A DNA stretch of 63,911 nt, the filler included, from Olpidium bornovanus S191 (lineage: Eukaryota; Fungi; Olpidiomycota), in the NCBI GenBank assembly GCA_017911155.1. It is 28 parts of 28 records of this genome, joined end to end, with 100 filler letters (N's around TTAATTAATTAA, not from the genome) between each part and the next. Parts side by side here need not be neighbours in the genome. Positions count along the whole stretch, not along the records: positions 61,263 to 62,780 come from JAEFCI010006035.1; positions 62,881 to 63,911 come from JAEFCI010004067.1; 26 more parts are not named here. The stretch is one strand, 5' to 3'. Below, one piece after another: positions 61,163-63,911 of the stretch. The translations under genes were made by a program, and so were the position numbers. Under the pieces are notes generated by a model. The model was not told the DNA's origin. It saw nothing but the letters and a program-made list of their open reading frames with translations, and did not search any database. Position 1 is the first letter of the stretch, and every line of letters starts with the position of its first letter.

Positions 61163-62033
61163 NNNNNNNNNNNNNNNNNNNNNNNNNNNNNNNNNNNNNN
61201 NNNNNNTTAATTAATTAANNNNNNNNNNNNNNNNNNNNNNNNNNNNNNNNNNNNNNNNNNNNCATGTGGCTCATCGACGAGATATTGAGGTGAGCGATCG
61301 CTAAGATTTGCGGGTTTTATCGCAGACGTTTCTATGGTTTATCGTGACCGGCCCGCCGAACTCCTCTGTTCAGGGGGGCTTTGCTTCCAGAAACACTTCC
61401 CGTCAGCTTGCGAGAGCCGCGGTGACGTGCTGGGTGAGAACGCCGAAATTTTGAACCGCAGTGATTTAAGATTGGTTCCGTTTTTCGTGACACTCGGCGG
61501 GTTGTTTATAACGGCGTCGTCCGCGAGCCGCTTTTACCCTTGACCAATACCTTTCATTTTTTGGCGTCAAAGACTTCCTTACTTTTAAACGTGTGATCTA
61601 GTTGTTGTTTTTTTTCTGTTCCTTCTGTTTTGCCATAAACCGGGTTACGACGTCCTCCCCCGTCCCCCCCCCCCTTTCCCGTCTTCGAAAACGTTAATTG
61701 CGTACATAGAATAATTTCGTCAGAAAAATCTGCGCACGTCGGCGCCTCGGCGCTCGCTCCGGTTCGCTGTTCTCGCCGTGTGCGCGGCAAGAACGACTCG
61801 ATTTTTCCTTTTCGTTATCCCATCGGCAAACGTCCGGGGGGGCGCGCCGGACTTTTCGGGCCGTCACTTTTCTCCCCCCGCCTCCTCCCCGCCCGCCGCC
61901 TTCTATGGCGTGAAAATTCACGTTTTTATATATGAAAGGGGGATGAGGAAGGAGGAGGAGGAAGGAGGGAGAGAAGGGGGGGGGTCCTTCCTAGGGGGAG
62001 GGGGTGAGGGGGGAGGAGGGTGTGAGTTGTGCG

Positions 62034-62780
62034 TGTTGTGAACCGGAAGAGTGCGCTCGATGGTCACGTGATCAGAGATGCCAGAGACCCGGAGGGGAGC
62101 TCCCCTGGGCTTCCCCCTCCCGCTGTCAAACCGCAAACAAACGAAAGGAAGGAAGGAAAAAGAGAGCCCCATCCCAAAACACGTTATCAGCACCATTGCC
62201 CGGCGCCCGTAGCTTTGCCCTCTCTCCCGTCGTTCGTCCGCCGAGCGTGCCTGCGCTTCGCCGTGTGCGCCTTAGCCGCCGCCGCCGTCGCCGCCGACGC
62301 CCGTCTCGAACTCGCCGAGACTGCCGCTCGCTCCCTTCGCGCCGTCGCCCGCTCGCGCCCACTCGTCTCGCGCCGCCGGACTCGCCGTTTCGCGCCGCCA
62401 CACGTCTGCTCGCTCGTTCGCGCTCGCCCGCGTCCTGCCCGCCCGTTCGCCTTGCCCTCGCCGAGAAACTGAATGAGAAACTGCATGTTTCTAAGTTTTT
62501 CCTGTCCCCTGCTCCTGTCCAGAAACTTTCCCCTGCTCGCTCGTCTTTAGCTTCCGACCTTTCCGATGGCTTACGACTCTTCCCCCTCCTCGCGCCTCGC
62601 CCCTCTCCTCTTCCCCGCTCTTGCTGCAGATGGCAGCAACTATCTCTCGTGGGCTCAGCACGCCCAGTCCCACCTGACCGCTCAGGAAGTGGACATGGCA
62701 GTCGCCATCCCCGGGGGAGCCGCGGCCCTCGGCGTGCACGCCCGCCCAGCGGGCCCCTGCGCTGAACCTTCTGGTCCACC
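62034..62780 (+). mobile_element. 5' end of a Bianca-like Ty1/copia element: short LTR (~62034-62181), PBS, gag from 62566
   Basis: TGTT..AAAACA, then CGTTATCAGCAC; gag LLFPALAADGSNYLSWAQHAQSHLTAQ. Confidence 0.8.
62182..62193 (+). promoter_or_regulatory. Primer-binding site CGTTATCAGCAC (half-tRNA-Ile type)
   Basis: Complementary to the tRNA-Ile(AAU) anticodon arm GUGCU-AAU-AACG except for C opposite position 34. Confidence 0.8.
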
Positions 62781-62882
62781 NNNNNNNNNNNNNNNNNNNN
62801 NNNNNNNNNNNNNNNNNNNNNNNNTTAATTAATTAANNNNNNNNNNNNNNNNNNNNNNNNNNNNNNNNNNNNNNNNNNNNCA

Positions 62883-63911
62883 TGCCTGGCGGTGCTGCAG
62901 ATTTCCGACGTTCTCAAACGCTTGGGCGTCGAATTCACACGAGATGAGACGAATCAGCTGGTGTCTGCGTTAATACTACAGCGTCAGTTCAGGAACGCGC
63001 TTGAACTAATCAATACCGTGGGCACGCGGCCAAGTCATTCGTTTACATCGTCAGAGGCCATACAGAGGACTCGGTTTTTGCAGCTGCAAGCGATGTGCAA
63101 CTCCTCTAATTTCTGCAGGTCAAATCCACCAGTAGACCTAGACCCAACAGCCAAATCGGGGAGTTTTGAACCCCAAAGCGGAACAGCAAATCCCCGCTTA
63201 AATAGCCGAGGAGTTTGGGCCGGATTCATCGAATACATCGGGAAATACTGCGGACGCCGGCAGCCGAATGTTGCGGAAGCGCGGTTGGGCTGGTTCCAGT
63301 CACGTTTTCCTGGGGTGCGGCCTCCAAAGGAAGCGTTCAAAATGATCCGAGAGGCGTACGCACGCAACGGCCAAGCGGCCAACGCACTGCGAGTACTGGA
63401 GCTGGAGCGATCCTGGGACCACGACGTGACTGCGGCGGAGCATGCGAACCTCATGAAGCTTGCGTCGGGAAGAATCAATCACGCGATCGGCGACCGCTTC
63501 GAACCGTCGCCAGCGACGCTCGAGACGCTGGAAGAATTAGACTGGAGCAACCGGTGCAAGTGGGCATTGGTGCTGGCGGTATACCGACGGATGCAGGAGT
63601 CGGGCCCCGCACCAAACTCGGCTTGCGTAACGGCGGCGATCGAGGCAGCCCGGGCTCTGATGGACCTGCCTCGGTTAGAAGAGATATTTCGTTACGCCCG
63701 GCAGAACCGCGTTCCCTTAGACCGGGAAAGTTGGTTTTCACTTGTCGATTTCAACGCGAGGGCGCGCAACCCCATTGGCGTTGAGAACGTCATGCGGCTT
63801 ATGCAGCACGAGGGCTCCTCGCCGACGCCTGGTATGTATGTGGCTATGCTCAGAGTGCTGAACAGATGCCAGGGACCGGTATCCGTTATGCGGCACTATC
63901 GACGGCTACGG
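62883..63911 (+). CDS. Pentatricopeptide repeat (PPR) protein fragment, open at both ends
   Basis: Stop-free frame across the whole contig (missing from the ORF track); VYRRMQESGPAPNSACVTAAIEA, VMRLMQHEGSSPTPGMYVAMLRVL. Confidence 0.85.

Overview
This is not one locus. It is 28 short eukaryotic contigs (about 1-4 kb) joined by 27 identical artificial 100-nt linkers (44 N + TTAATTAATTAA + 44 N), so gene neighbourhood means something only inside a contig. The DNA is GC-rich, intron-rich and full of poly-C/G and poly-A/T tracts. Fungal hallmark genes (LYS12, StuA-type APSES, Mbp1/Swi4-like KilA-N/ankyrin protein, GDE1, VMA12, SOM1) occur alongside motile-flagellum genes (EFHC2/Rib72, SPAG17/PF6, ODAD2/ARMC4, EFCAB10-like) and animal-like genes (CINP, BLOC1S5/Muted, RLC with an animal-type N-terminus). 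This points to a zoosporic fungus; Olpidium is my inference, not a database result. Decayed LTR retrotransposon pieces are frequent. Best leads: (1) a copia element resembling the plant Bianca lineage, with a half-tRNA-Ile primer site whose C matches wobble inosine; (2) a retroelement family with a gypsy-type capsid but copia-type primer site and protease; (3) NAT9 fused in frame to a second, bacterial-style GNAT domain. No multi-gene novel system can be supported because the contigs are unlinked. All homology calls are from recognised motifs, not searches.
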